NCBI GenBank assembly: GCA_021777035.1
Contig: JAIQZR010000192.1
Location: 185-32,184, forward strand
Length of the DNA stretch: 32,000 nucleotides
Source of the DNA: Candidatus Scalindua sp.
Lineage (GTDB): Bacteria > Planctomycetota > Brocadiia > Brocadiales > Scalinduaceae
Direction: 5' to 3'
Shown here: piece after piece, positions 1-8,628 of the stretch
Layout of the letters: each line of letters starts with the position of its first letter
Numbering within the stretch: the first letter of the stretch is position 1
The notes under the pieces: generated by a model
What the model saw: the letters and a program-made list of their open reading frames with translations, nothing else
The model's database searches: none
What the model was told of the DNA's origin: nothing
Made by a program: the position numbers and the translations under genes

Positions 1-410
1 ATCTGTTTAACACCCGCAAGGTTGTGGATGGCCATTTGCGTGCTGGCATGGATATTAAATCCGGGGAATTGGGATTGAATCAAATAGAGAAGCCCCAGAT
101 CCTGGATGATTATTGAGTCTGGCCGTATCTCTTCCAGTGCCACTAAGAGGTCAACCGCCTTTTCCAGTTCTAAAGTCTTTACGAGTGTATTGAACGCGAT
201 ATAGACTTTAATTGATTTCCTGCGAGCATAGGCAATGGCCTTACTAGCATCATCCAGAGAGAAGTTCTGCGCGCTTGCACGGGCGCTGAAATCCTTTAAT
301 CCAAAATAGACAGCATCAGCCCCATTTTCAACTGCGGCAAAAAAACTCTCCATATTACCAGCTGGTGAGAGCAACTCCGGTTTCATACTCTGAGAATAAT
401 GGATAGACAT
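1..410 (-). CDS. Peptidase U32 family protein, N-terminal part; runs off the window start
   Basis: Not in the ORF track. Reverse-strand translation from ATG at 410: MSIHYSQSMKPELLSPAGNMESFFAAVENGADAVYFGLKDFSARASAQNFSLDDASKAIAYARRKSIKVYIAFNTL... The motif ELLSPAGNxExxxAAxxxGADAVYFG is typical of U32. An alternative start is at 386. Confidence 0.88.
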   Translation of the reverse strand, partial: MSIHYSQSMKPELLSPAGNMESFFAAVENGADAVYFGLKDFSARASAQNFSLDDASKAIAYARRKSIKVYIAFNTLVKTLELEKAVDLLVALEEIRPDSIIIQDLGLLYLIQSQFPGFNIHASTQMAIHNLAGVKQ

Positions 411-584
411 ATGAATGTTTTAAAACTTAAATTTTAATGACTTTAGGAAGATAGAATTGATGAAATTCTAAGAAGACGATTTTAGAATCAGAATCACCAA
501 TATTCAAGCCCTTTATGGAGAATGGTATAACGCGTCAACAAAATTATTACATTCTAGATTTGTTGTACCACCGATAAAATTATC

Positions 585-613
585 TTGACACAATATGCCT
601 TAGTAATTACAGT
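585..613 (+). promoter_or_regulatory. Putative promoter/operator of the mazEF-like operon
   Basis: TTGACA at 585-590, 17 nt spacer, weak -10 TACAGT at 608-613; overlaps tandem palindromes GTAATTAC at 603-610 and 612-619. Confidence 0.4.
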
Positions 614-659
614 AATTACATTCTTATTTGCCTTTAACACTTCTGGAAAGGATAAAACG

Positions 660-932
660 GTGGAAAAACAAATACGAACTAAAGACATAAAACTAATTCC
701 CATTGGGAACTCTAAAGGAATTCGCTTGCCTAAAAACATTCTGCAAAAATATGGGTTCTCAGAATCTGTAGTGTTGGAAGAAAAAGAAGAGGGTGTTTTG
801 CTCCATAGGAAGGAAGACAGTAAACTAACATGGGAAGAAACTTTTAAGGCGATGTCTGAGGAAAAAGAAAATTGGGATGATCTTGATATAACTTTGATGG
901 ATGGATTGGAGGATGAACACCCTGGCTCCTAA
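660..932 (+). CDS. mazE: AbrB/MazE-like antitoxin
   Basis: IKLIPIGNSKGIRLPKNILQKYGF is a SpoVT/AbrB swapped-hairpin signature. GTG start at 660 preceded by GGAAAGG. The track start at 585 is a TTG inside the putative -35 box. Overlaps the downstream toxin gene. Confidence 0.82.
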   Translation: MEKQIRTKDIKLIPIGNSKGIRLPKNILQKYGFSESVVLEEKEEGVLLHRKEDSKLTWEETFKAMSEEKENWDDLDITLMDGLEDEHPGS

Positions 933-1248
933 GAGATATGAAATTTATTATGCTGATCTTAACCCTACAGTGGGCGGTGAAACAAAAAAAATTCGGCCTG
1001 TTGTTATTATTAGCCAGGATGCCATGAACCGGAATCTGGATACTGTTGTTGTTTGCCCTTTAACCAAAAAACTACATTATCAATGGCGAAGTCGCATGCA
1101 AATTCAGTGCTCTGGTCAGGATGCGGAAATTGCGGTTGATCAGATAAGAACAATTAGCAAAAACAGATTGAAACAAAAAGTTGATAAGCTATCAACGGAA
1201 GAATCTCTACAATTGAGACAACTTATTACAGATATGTATGGAGAATAA
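901..1248 (+). CDS. mazF: MazF/PemK-family endoribonuclease toxin
   Basis: YEIYYADLNPTVGGETKKIRPVVIISQDAMNRNLDTVVVCPLTKK is a classic MazF N-terminus. Overlaps the 3' end of the antitoxin gene. Start may be 913. Confidence 0.9.
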   Translation: MDWRMNTLAPKRYEIYYADLNPTVGGETKKIRPVVIISQDAMNRNLDTVVVCPLTKKLHYQWRSRMQIQCSGQDAEIAVDQIRTISKNRLKQKVDKLSTEESLQLRQLITDMYGE

Positions 1249-1283
1249 TATCAATCTGCAACATTTTAAGAAAGGAAAAACAA

Positions 1284-1847
1284 ATGACTAAAATTTTACA
1301 ATTACTACTTATTCTGGGATTTTTAGTTTTTTCAATGCCACAGGTCTTTTCTCAAGATCAGAAAAAACAGAGTTGTTCTTTCTGTGAACTAAAGGCAAAA
1401 GGCGTAGAAAAGTGTCAAAAATGTCTGTCTAATGAAAAAGACAAATGCCGCCTACCGAATAAACAAACCGGCTGTAGTGATAAGGATAAAAAAGAACTGT
1501 GTAAAAAGTTTAAGCGTGGCCCTTACATCAATATTGCTGTACTTGAGAACCTAATCGAAAGCAATGTTCCTATGGTGCTTTTGGATGCCAGGTCAGGAAA
1601 GTGGGATGATAAATCCAGGATCCCGGGCGCTCAGAGCTTAAATGATAAATCTACCAAAGAAGAAGTTGAAAAAACCATCAAAACCAAAGAGGCCCTAGTG
1701 GTTACTTATTGTGCCAATTTGAAATGCCCCGCAAGTAACAAACTCTACATTCATCTCAAAAAACTGGGCTATAAAAATGTCCTTGAATATCCTTTCGGTA
1801 TTCAAGACTGGCTGGAATCCGGCAACGACATAGAAATGGACGAATAA
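1284..1847 (+). CDS. Exported rhodanese-domain protein with Cys-rich N-terminal segment
   Basis: Signal peptide MTKILQLLLILGFLVFSMPQVFS; seven Cys in the following ~50 aa; rhodanese features VPMVLLDARSG, IPGAQSL, and YCANLKCPAS, Y..FGIQDWLESG. Confidence 0.75.
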   Translation: MTKILQLLLILGFLVFSMPQVFSQDQKKQSCSFCELKAKGVEKCQKCLSNEKDKCRLPNKQTGCSDKDKKELCKKFKRGPYINIAVLENLIESNVPMVLLDARSGKWDDKSRIPGAQSLNDKSTKEEVEKTIKTKEALVVTYCANLKCPASNKLYIHLKKLGYKNVLEYPFGIQDWLESGNDIEMDE

Positions 1848-1961
1848 TACTGAGATAAAACGGTCAGCAACTATTCTGAATAAGAAACTGGTCGCTATCC
1901 GGATATCATAAAAATTAACAGATCCATGTATCACAAACACTTTTTAATCAGGAGATAAAAA

Positions 1962-3029
1962 TTGAAGTTATTTGTCATTTCCATCGTAGTTTCTTTGGCC
2001 TTAATCGGGTGCGTTAACACAAAGACAGAAACCATTGTTTCTGAAAAAAAACAGTCTGAAGTTACCATTTTTGAAGGAGAAACTCATTTAAGAAATATCA
2101 GGCAACTTACTTTCGGCGGAGAGAATGCTGAGGCCTATTTCTCTTATAATGCAGACAAACTCATATTCCAGTCGAAACGTGATAATCTGCAATGTGATGC
2201 TATATTTACTATGGATCTCGATGGCAACAATGTAAAAATGCTGTCATCGGGCAAAGGTACTACTACCTGTTCTTTTATTGCCCCTGACTATAAATCGATA
2301 ATTTATGCGTCTACTCACCTAAGTGGAGAAGAATGTCCACCCAAACCGGACATGTCGAAGGGTTATGTCTGGGCGTTATATAAAGGCTTTGACATTTTCA
2401 AGGCCGACCCTGACGGTTCGAATCTCAGGCGCTTAACTCACACTCCGGGATATGATGCAGAAGGGGTCTATTCTCCAAAAGGAGACAGGATCATTTTCAC
2501 GTCAGTCCGTACCGGCGACCTGGAACTTTTCCTGATGGATCCAGATGGATCAAATATTGAGCAACTAACTGACACCCCCGGCTATGATGGCGGTGCTTTC
2601 TTTTCTCTCGACGGTAAATGGATCTGCTGGAGGGCGTCAAGGCCACAGGGTGAAGAACTTACAGACTACAGGGACTTACTCCGGAACGGCCTGATCAGAC
2701 CAAGCAAACTCGAAATATATGTCATGAACCTGGAAAAGCGCAAACCGATCCAGTTAACATTTAATGGCGCCGCTAACTTCGGCCCATATTTCCACCCGAA
2801 CGGAGAGAAGGTCATCTTTGTATCCAACATGGATGATCCGCAACACCGGAACTTTGAAATGTATATGGTTGATATTAAAACCAAAGAAATAGAACGTATA
2901 TCATATAACCCTACATTCGACGGGTTCCCCATGTTCAGCCATGACGGAAAGAAATTGGTCTTCGCCTCAAACCGTAACAACAGCAGGCCGCATGAAACAA
3001 ATATATTCATAGCCGATTGGGAGGATTGA
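1962..3029 (+). CDS. TolB/PD40-type beta-propeller lipoprotein
   Basis: Lipobox-like LALIGC; repeated blades such as NIRQLTFGGENAEAYFSYNADKLIFQS, NLRRLTHTPGYDAEGVYSPKGDRIIFTS, NIEQLTDTPGYDGGAFFSLDGKWICW. Confidence 0.85.
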   Translation: MKLFVISIVVSLALIGCVNTKTETIVSEKKQSEVTIFEGETHLRNIRQLTFGGENAEAYFSYNADKLIFQSKRDNLQCDAIFTMDLDGNNVKMLSSGKGTTTCSFIAPDYKSIIYASTHLSGEECPPKPDMSKGYVWALYKGFDIFKADPDGSNLRRLTHTPGYDAEGVYSPKGDRIIFTSVRTGDLELFLMDPDGSNIEQLTDTPGYDGGAFFSLDGKWICWRASRPQGEELTDYRDLLRNGLIRPSKLEIYVMNLEKRKPIQLTFNGAANFGPYFHPNGEKVIFVSNMDDPQHRNFEMYMVDIKTKEIERISYNPTFDGFPMFSHDGKKLVFASNRNNSRPHETNIFIADWED

Positions 3030-3050
3030 ACAAGAAAAAGCTAAGCCTTT

Positions 3051-3076
3051 TTGACAGGATTAACTGGATAAACAAG
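3051..3076 (+). repeat. Left arm of imperfect inverted repeat flanking a GxxExxY remnant
   Basis: GACAGGATTAACTGGATAAACAAGAT pairs with the reverse complement of 3322-3347 with one mismatch and two 1-nt indels. Confidence 0.85.
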
Positions 3077-3126
3077 ATATATATCTAGTTAAACAAAACA
3101 TCTATCACAACCAGAGGGAAATTGTA

Positions 3127-3309
3127 ATGGAATATAAAGAATTGACTGACACAATTATTTTGGAATTAAAGTCACTTAGGCAAATTATTAAGGCTCATGA
3201 AGTACAATTGGTTAATTACCTTGTAGCTACGGGAAAACCAGCGGGGCTTATTCTTAATTTTGGGGAGAGTAAAGTTGATGTTAAACGAAAAGTGAAGAAT
3301 TTAGAATAG
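3127..3309 (+). pseudogene. Truncated GxxExxY-family protein (C-terminal part only)
   Basis: Translation IILELKSLRQIIKAHEVQLVNYLVATGKPAGLILNFGESKVDVKRKVKNL matches the family's conserved C-terminal half; the N-terminal GxxExxY motif is absent. Confidence 0.65.
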
Positions 3310-3321
3310 TATTATAAAAAC

Positions 3322-3347
3322 ATCTTGTTTTATCCTGTTATCCTGTC
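3322..3347 (-). repeat. Right arm of imperfect inverted repeat flanking a GxxExxY remnant
   Basis: ATCTTGTTTTATCCTGTTATCCTGTC; reverse complement GACAGGATAACAGGATAAAACAAGAT. Confidence 0.85.
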
Positions 3348-3354
3348 GAAAAAG

Positions 3355-6300
3355 TTATCTCTCAACCACCTTAGTTGTAACAGTATATTCTATGCCATCA
3401 CGCGTAAAAATTATCATAATCTCATTGCCTACCCGTAATGACTTTAAGACATCGGAAAAGGTTTCCAGATCTTCGATTGCGATTTCCCCGATACGTACAA
3501 TTATGTCACCCTTCTGAAGCCCGACTTTGTCTGCCGGAGAATCGATCGTCACACCGTCAAGCTGAACACCTTTACCGGTAAAATCATAGGCGGGAACAGT
3601 ACCAAGGACGACACGCCTTTTCTTATGTGACTGTTTTTTCTGTGGAGACAAACTCTCTTTTGCAACAGTTAGTGTTGAGGTCAAAGGTTCCGGCCTTGCG
3701 GCAAGGTACTCAACCGCTTCCTTTAAGACGGCAGCAGTCTTTACTAAACCTGCCGTATCTATTCTATCAACCGTATCAGTTGGACGATGATAGTTATCCC
3801 GCGCACCACTGAAGAGATGCACAGCAGGCACACCGGCATCGATAAAACTCTTCTCATCTCCGTTGCCAGTATCCAGAGTTGATTGTTTGATAGAGACTCC
3901 AGTCACATATCCTGCACCACGAAATATATGTACCCATTCGCTAGCAGAGTAATTACCAAAAATAGTTAGCGCATCATGACCTAACTGGCCAACTGTATCA
4001 AGATTGATCATCGCCATAATTTTAGAAACAGGATATTTTTCTGCATTCTTTACATAATGTATTGAACCGAGCTTGCCGGCTTCCTCAGCGCTGAAGGCTA
4101 CAAACACAATCGTGCGTTCTGGCTGCCATTTTTTACCAGCCAGTCGTGCAAATTCCAACAAGACGGATATCCCACTGGCATTGTCGTCTGCGCCAGGGTG
4201 GATTTTACCTTCGTTACCTGCAAGGCAATCAGGCCAACCCAAACCATGCGAATCATAGTGGGCTCCGATAACCACACTCTGCCCATCAAATTGAGAATTA
4301 TTGCCCGGTATAATTCCAATAACGTTCTGAACCGTAACAACATCATGCTCAGATATATCCACCTTTTCAGTCCAGGTTTGAAAATAATCATCCGACCTGT
4401 CTCCGCAAGGTTGTAAACCCGCATCAGAAAATTGCCTGGCGATATAGGCAGCAGCTTTATCCAGTCCCTCAGTCCCAAGTCCCCTTCCAGCCAGTTCGTC
4501 AGAAGCAAGGTATTCAATATCCTTTAACATTCTCGCCTCTGAAAAAAAAGGAGGCAGTTGCGCAAGGGCAGAACGTGGTTTCAGTTTGGCTGTTACCAGT
4601 TCAACTTCTTTACCATCTTCTTGAGAAATGGCAATGGACATGGGTGAATTGACTACAGGCCATTGCCCCTTGAAGACGTTGGCCGGCTCATCACCCGTAA
4701 AGCCAAGATAGCTATATTTATTGTAGTGTGGTAGTTTCCTTCCCAACCCAGGCATTGCGGCAATATTGTCAGTCGCCAGCCACGCCAGAGCATGGGCATT
4801 ATTAGACGGGTGACGCCCCATTATTACAACAGAATGTTTATCTCGTTTCATTTCAGTATTTTCGATAGATACACCACTCTCATTTTTGGCATACTCATAA
4901 TCGGATAGCGCATTGTTAAACATTGGACGAAAGCGATTTTCCCATCCAAACAACCATACTGCACGATCTGCCGGTAATTCTTCCAGTTCATTATCAAGCT
5001 TAATCTCCATGTTCACAGCACGGCCTTTCTGCCAACCTTTTGCCAATTCCTGATAGCCCAGACGGATTGATGCAGAGGTACTTGCAGGTAATACCACCAA
5101 TACCTGCTCTGCTCCAAATACCTGACTTAATGCCGGTGGACTTTCATTGTGATCTAATGTGCGAAAAATATCAAATTCAGGATCAACGTCCAGTTGCAAC
5201 GGACGCACAGGAAATTTTAGTTCCAGGTTGTACAGCTTTGCATCGACATTAATGGTTGTCTGGAACGCATTAGCGACCCCTTCCATGTGGACAGCAATTG
5301 GCAGTTTTAACAGATATGGCCCTGCTTCCTGTGTCTGTTCAATAACAGCTGACAGCACGTAACCATCGCCTTTTGGTTTAGCAACCGCCTGACTCACTTG
5401 CAAAGAGGGTGAACCAGTCCTCTTTACCCATTGTTCAAACATGGATTCCAAGGGTACATTGTTTACATTATTAAAGACCGTTTCTACATCATCAAAAGAA
5501 GCGAGCTTAAACTTATATTTTCTATAAAATCTATGAAGTGCTTTGACAAAGTCTTGATCTCCCAACTCCTGCCGAAGCATATGGAATAGCATCATGGTCT
5601 TACCATATCCTACGGCCTCTGTGACGGCACTATGCCGTGATCTAAATTTTGTCAGTGGAAAGTCCTTCTCCTTATTAGCAGTCACATAGTTCGTATATTT
5701 CTGGAGGACAGACCGACGGTATTCAACGGCCGCACCACGCTGCTCTTTAATAAGATGGTCAGCAAGATACGTTGTCAATCCCTCCGCCCAATTACCCTTT
5801 TCGTAATCAGTATATACCCCATTACCCCACCAGTTATGCAGAATTTCATGAGGATAAGAGGAATGAAGGATAAACGGAAAACGAATGACCCTGGAACCAA
5901 GAAGAGTGAATGAAGGCATGCCATAACCTGTCTCCCAGAAGTTCTCGACGAGTGCAAACTTACTGTAAGGATACGGGCCGAGGAGTTTCCGATACATCTC
6001 AAGATACTGTGCGGTTGTATCCAGGTATTTCTGCGCAAGTTGTGGATCAGGGTCTCGTAAGAAAGCCATTGCTTCCACTGCGCCAGCAGCCTGGTTATAT
6101 TCAGTAAACTCGGAAGATATCAGATATATCTCTTCCTGCGGTGTATCTGCCACCCATACATCACGTCTTGAGTCGGCACGGACATCACTCTTTTCACGTG
6201 TACCCTGACTCACAGACGACCACCCTGCCGGTAATTCAACATCCAGATTAAATGTTACCAGTTCATCTACAAAATGTGGATACCAGTAGGTTGATCCGCT

Positions 6301-6765
6301 TAAGAAAATACCTTCCGGGAAAATTATGCCGGGTGACACACTAAAACTGCGTGCGTATTCTTCACCATATTCCCTGACGGGATGATAGATCTCACCAGCG
6401 TATTTGATTGTAAACTGATTGGTTCCAGATGGGAGCTTTACTTCAAAAAGATCCATCTTAATATTACTATGTTGAAGTGACTGATTGTCGCTGAAAAATT
6501 GTCCGGCTTCAGCACCAAAGTTTTTTCTTAGTATGAGATCTTTATCTAAAATTTCAGGCCCGAGCCTCTGATGAAGCGTAAATCGAAGCGGCCCTGCTTT
6601 TAAGGACTCCTGATGCAAGGTTATTTGATCAACTACCTCAATCCGATGACTGTCCGGATCCAGCTTAACCTTAAGGTCATGGTTGATCTGTCCGAATGCT
6701 GTTGGTGATATAACCAGGACAAACAATGCGATCTGTAAAAAGCGCCAGAACAGTTGACAATTCAT
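3355..6765 (-). CDS. Secreted multidomain metallopeptidase: M1-like domain + M28-like domain + C-terminal PDZ
   Basis: Signal peptide MNCQLFWRFLQIALFVLVISPTAFG; M1-like HEILHNWWGNGVYTDYEKGNWAEGL (HExxH...E); M28-like GAHYDSHG...HPGADDNASGISVLLEFARLAG...FVAFSAEEAGKLGS; PDZ-like VQLDGVTIDSPADKVGLQKGDIIVRIGEIAIEDLETFSDVLK. GGAG lies upstream of the ATG at 6765; the track start of 6810 is probably 15 codons too long. Confidence 0.87.
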   Translation of the reverse strand: MNCQLFWRFLQIALFVLVISPTAFGQINHDLKVKLDPDSHRIEVVDQITLHQESLKAGPLRFTLHQRLGPEILDKDLILRKNFGAEAGQFFSDNQSLQHSNIKMDLFEVKLPSGTNQFTIKYAGEIYHPVREYGEEYARSFSVSPGIIFPEGIFLSGSTYWYPHFVDELVTFNLDVELPAGWSSVSQGTREKSDVRADSRRDVWVADTPQEEIYLISSEFTEYNQAAGAVEAMAFLRDPDPQLAQKYLDTTAQYLEMYRKLLGPYPYSKFALVENFWETGYGMPSFTLLGSRVIRFPFILHSSYPHEILHNWWGNGVYTDYEKGNWAEGLTTYLADHLIKEQRGAAVEYRRSVLQKYTNYVTANKEKDFPLTKFRSRHSAVTEAVGYGKTMMLFHMLRQELGDQDFVKALHRFYRKYKFKLASFDDVETVFNNVNNVPLESMFEQWVKRTGSPSLQVSQAVAKPKGDGYVLSAVIEQTQEAGPYLLKLPIAVHMEGVANAFQTTINVDAKLYNLELKFPVRPLQLDVDPEFDIFRTLDHNESPPALSQVFGAEQVLVVLPASTSASIRLGYQELAKGWQKGRAVNMEIKLDNELEELPADRAVWLFGWENRFRPMFNNALSDYEYAKNESGVSIENTEMKRDKHSVVIMGRHPSNNAHALAWLATDNIAAMPGLGRKLPHYNKYSYLGFTGDEPANVFKGQWPVVNSPMSIAISQEDGKEVELVTAKLKPRSALAQLPPFFSEARMLKDIEYLASDELAGRGLGTEGLDKAAAYIARQFSDAGLQPCGDRSDDYFQTWTEKVDISEHDVVTVQNVIGIIPGNNSQFDGQSVVIGAHYDSHGLGWPDCLAGNEGKIHPGADDNASGISVLLEFARLAGKKWQPERTIVFVAFSAEEAGKLGSIHYVKNAEKYPVSKIMAMINLDTVGQLGHDALTIFGNYSASEWVHIFRGAGYVTGVSIKQSTLDTGNGDEKSFIDAGVPAVHLFSGARDNYHRPTDTVDRIDTAGLVKTAAVLKEAVEYLAARPEPLTSTLTVAKESLSPQKKQSHKKRRVVLGTVPAYDFTGKGVQLDGVTIDSPADKVGLQKGDIIVRIGEIAIEDLETFSDVLKSLRVGNEIMIIFTRDGIEYTVTTKVVER

Positions 6766-7170
6766 TATAAATTCTCCAGTTATTATGATTTTTAAACGCT
6801 CCCCGGACAAAAGACACCGGAGAGTGGTAAATATAGTTTTTATCGTTATTCTAATCCTTGACCTCCTATTATAATCTGAGGATTTTCACAATCTACTAAA
6901 TTGTCATTCCTATAACGCATTATCATAATTTATTATAATTAATGAAGTCACTGTCTACTGTAAAAATACTAAGTTTTTCAAGATTTGCGATAGCGATAAT
7001 CAAGAAATCAGTTGCTGATCCTTGAATCCCATTTTTACGACAGAAACTAGTTAGCCAATGCTGTATTTTAGCGTTTGGTTAAACGACTGATTATGTACAT
7101 TTTTTGTTAATAGATTGGACAATCAAACAGGTTTTTTTCCTTGTACTTTCGTATTTATTAACTAAAATAA

Positions 7171-7249
7171 CCATGTTGTTCTTTCTCATGGAGGGGACGA
7201 GAATAATTCCCCGGGAGGTACAAGTTCACGCTTGTACTTCCCTTTTTTT
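7171..7249 (+). ncRNA. Candidate structured small RNA ending in an intrinsic terminator
   Basis: Consecutive hairpins CCATG/CATGG (7171-7175/7187-7191) and GGGGA/TCCCC (7193-7197/7208-7212), then the terminator hairpin at 7213-7242; no plus-strand CDS immediately upstream. Confidence 0.3.
7213..7249 (+). terminator. Intrinsic transcription terminator
   Basis: GGGAGGTACAAG - TTCACG - CTTGTACTTCCC (12 bp with one G:T) followed by TTTTTTT. Confidence 0.85.
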
Positions 7250-7405
7250 GTAATAATAAAAAATCAACTGTCGCCAACTATGTCAGAATTGGCAGTAACC
7301 AACAGGAATTAGCAGAAAACAGTTGAAAACCTTAAACTATTATGGTATAAGGTGTAACAGTATAACAAACACTATGATCGGCAGTTTTAAAATTAATAAA
7401 AATGG

Positions 7406-7461
7406 TTCTGCCATACCTTGGAAGCAGAAGATCGCTGGTTCAAATCCAGTCGAGCAATCCA
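7406..7461 (+). pseudogene. Degenerate 3' portion of a tRNA (Pro-UGG-like)
   Basis: TTCTGC-CATAC-CTTGGAA-GCAGA-AGATC-GCTGG-TTCAAAT-CCAGT-CGAGCAA-T-CCA. T-arm and anticodon-arm-like elements are present, but with an extra CATAC and no matching 5' acceptor strand upstream. Confidence 0.45.
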
Positions 7462-7552
7462 TTTTTTTGAGCCACAAAAAATAGAAATGCACACTTTATC
7501 AGCCTATTAAGTACCAGGTTTTAACTTTCTAACAAAATCTCTGAAAATCAAT

Positions 7553-8578
7553 ATGCGTGTAGCAATGTATTACAATAATAGTGACATTAGAGTTGAAGAG
7601 ATGCCAACACCGCAGATTGGTCGGGGTGAGATATTACTAAAATCGCTGGCCTGTGGTATCTGTGGCAGCGATGTGATGGAATGGTATCGTATCCACAAAG
7701 CACCACTTGTACTTGGCCATGAAGCGACCGGTGAGATTGTTGAAGTCGGAGATGGTGTTACACGATTCAAAACAGGGGATAGGGTTTTTGTATCACACCA
7801 TGTTCCCTGCAATACATGTCATTATTGTTTAAATGGCCACCACACGGTATGCGACTCCCTACGTAGTACTAATTTTGATCCCGGTGGCTTTGCAGAGTAT
7901 GTACGAGTGCCGGAAATTAATGTAGACAGAGGAGTCTTTGTACTTCCAGATAATATGTCACTGGAAGATGGCACATTTATTGAACCATTGGCCTGTGTGG
8001 TTCGAGGACAAAGAGTAGCACGTATTGAACCCGGCCAAACTGTAGTTATTATCGGCAGTGGTATGTCAGGGCTACTTCACATACTGCTTGCTCGATCACT
8101 CGGAGCCGGAAAAATAATTGCTACAGACATAAGTGAATATCGTATGGAGATGGCGAAAAAGTTTGGAGCTGATTCCGTTATTTCCGCTCATGATGACCTG
8201 CCCTCACACCTGCTCAAATTGAACAGTAACAGGCTTGCCGATCGTGTGATAGTAACAGCCGGAGCAGACTCTGCCTTAGATACCGCTATAAAATCTGTAG
8301 ACCGCGGTGGTACTATCCTGTTCTTTGCACCTGGCGGCCCGGATACCCATCTTTCCGTACCGTTTAATGATTTTTGGAAAAATTGTTTTACTTTATTGCC
8401 AACATATGGTGCCAGCCCTCTTGACATAGAAGTGGCAATTGAGTTGATTAGTTCTCAGCGCGTTCCAGTACAAGAGATGATTACCCATCGTTTAGGTTTG
8501 GCAGAAACCGAACGAGGATTTGAGTTGGTTACTGAAGCCAAAGAGTCTATAAAAGTAGTTATCGAGCCACACAAATAA
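7553..8578 (+). CDS. Zinc-dependent medium-chain alcohol dehydrogenase (sorbitol/threonine dehydrogenase-like)
   Basis: CGICGSDVMEW, GHEATGEIVEVGDGVTRFKTGDRV, structural-zinc Cys cluster PCNTCHYCLNGHHTVCD, and VVIIGSGMSGLLH cofactor-binding region. Confidence 0.92.
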   Translation: MRVAMYYNNSDIRVEEMPTPQIGRGEILLKSLACGICGSDVMEWYRIHKAPLVLGHEATGEIVEVGDGVTRFKTGDRVFVSHHVPCNTCHYCLNGHHTVCDSLRSTNFDPGGFAEYVRVPEINVDRGVFVLPDNMSLEDGTFIEPLACVVRGQRVARIEPGQTVVIIGSGMSGLLHILLARSLGAGKIIATDISEYRMEMAKKFGADSVISAHDDLPSHLLKLNSNRLADRVIVTAGADSALDTAIKSVDRGGTILFFAPGGPDTHLSVPFNDFWKNCFTLLPTYGASPLDIEVAIELISSQRVPVQEMITHRLGLAETERGFELVTEAKESIKVVIEPHK

Positions 8579-8628
8579 GCATCTTCTAAAAAAAATAAAA
8601 CCTCAAAAGTTTCATTCCGTTAAAACCC

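Noticed and set aside
554-739. 61-aa minus-strand ORF over the mazE promoter and start
   Set aside because: Overlaps the convincing antitoxin gene and has no recognisable feature.
1695-1940. 81-aa minus-strand ORF
   Set aside because: Antisense to the rhodanese gene with no supporting signal.
4098-4517. 139-aa and overlapping short ORFs antisense or out of frame within the fusion peptidase gene
   Set aside because: No domain or RBS support; covered by the 1136-aa peptidase frame.
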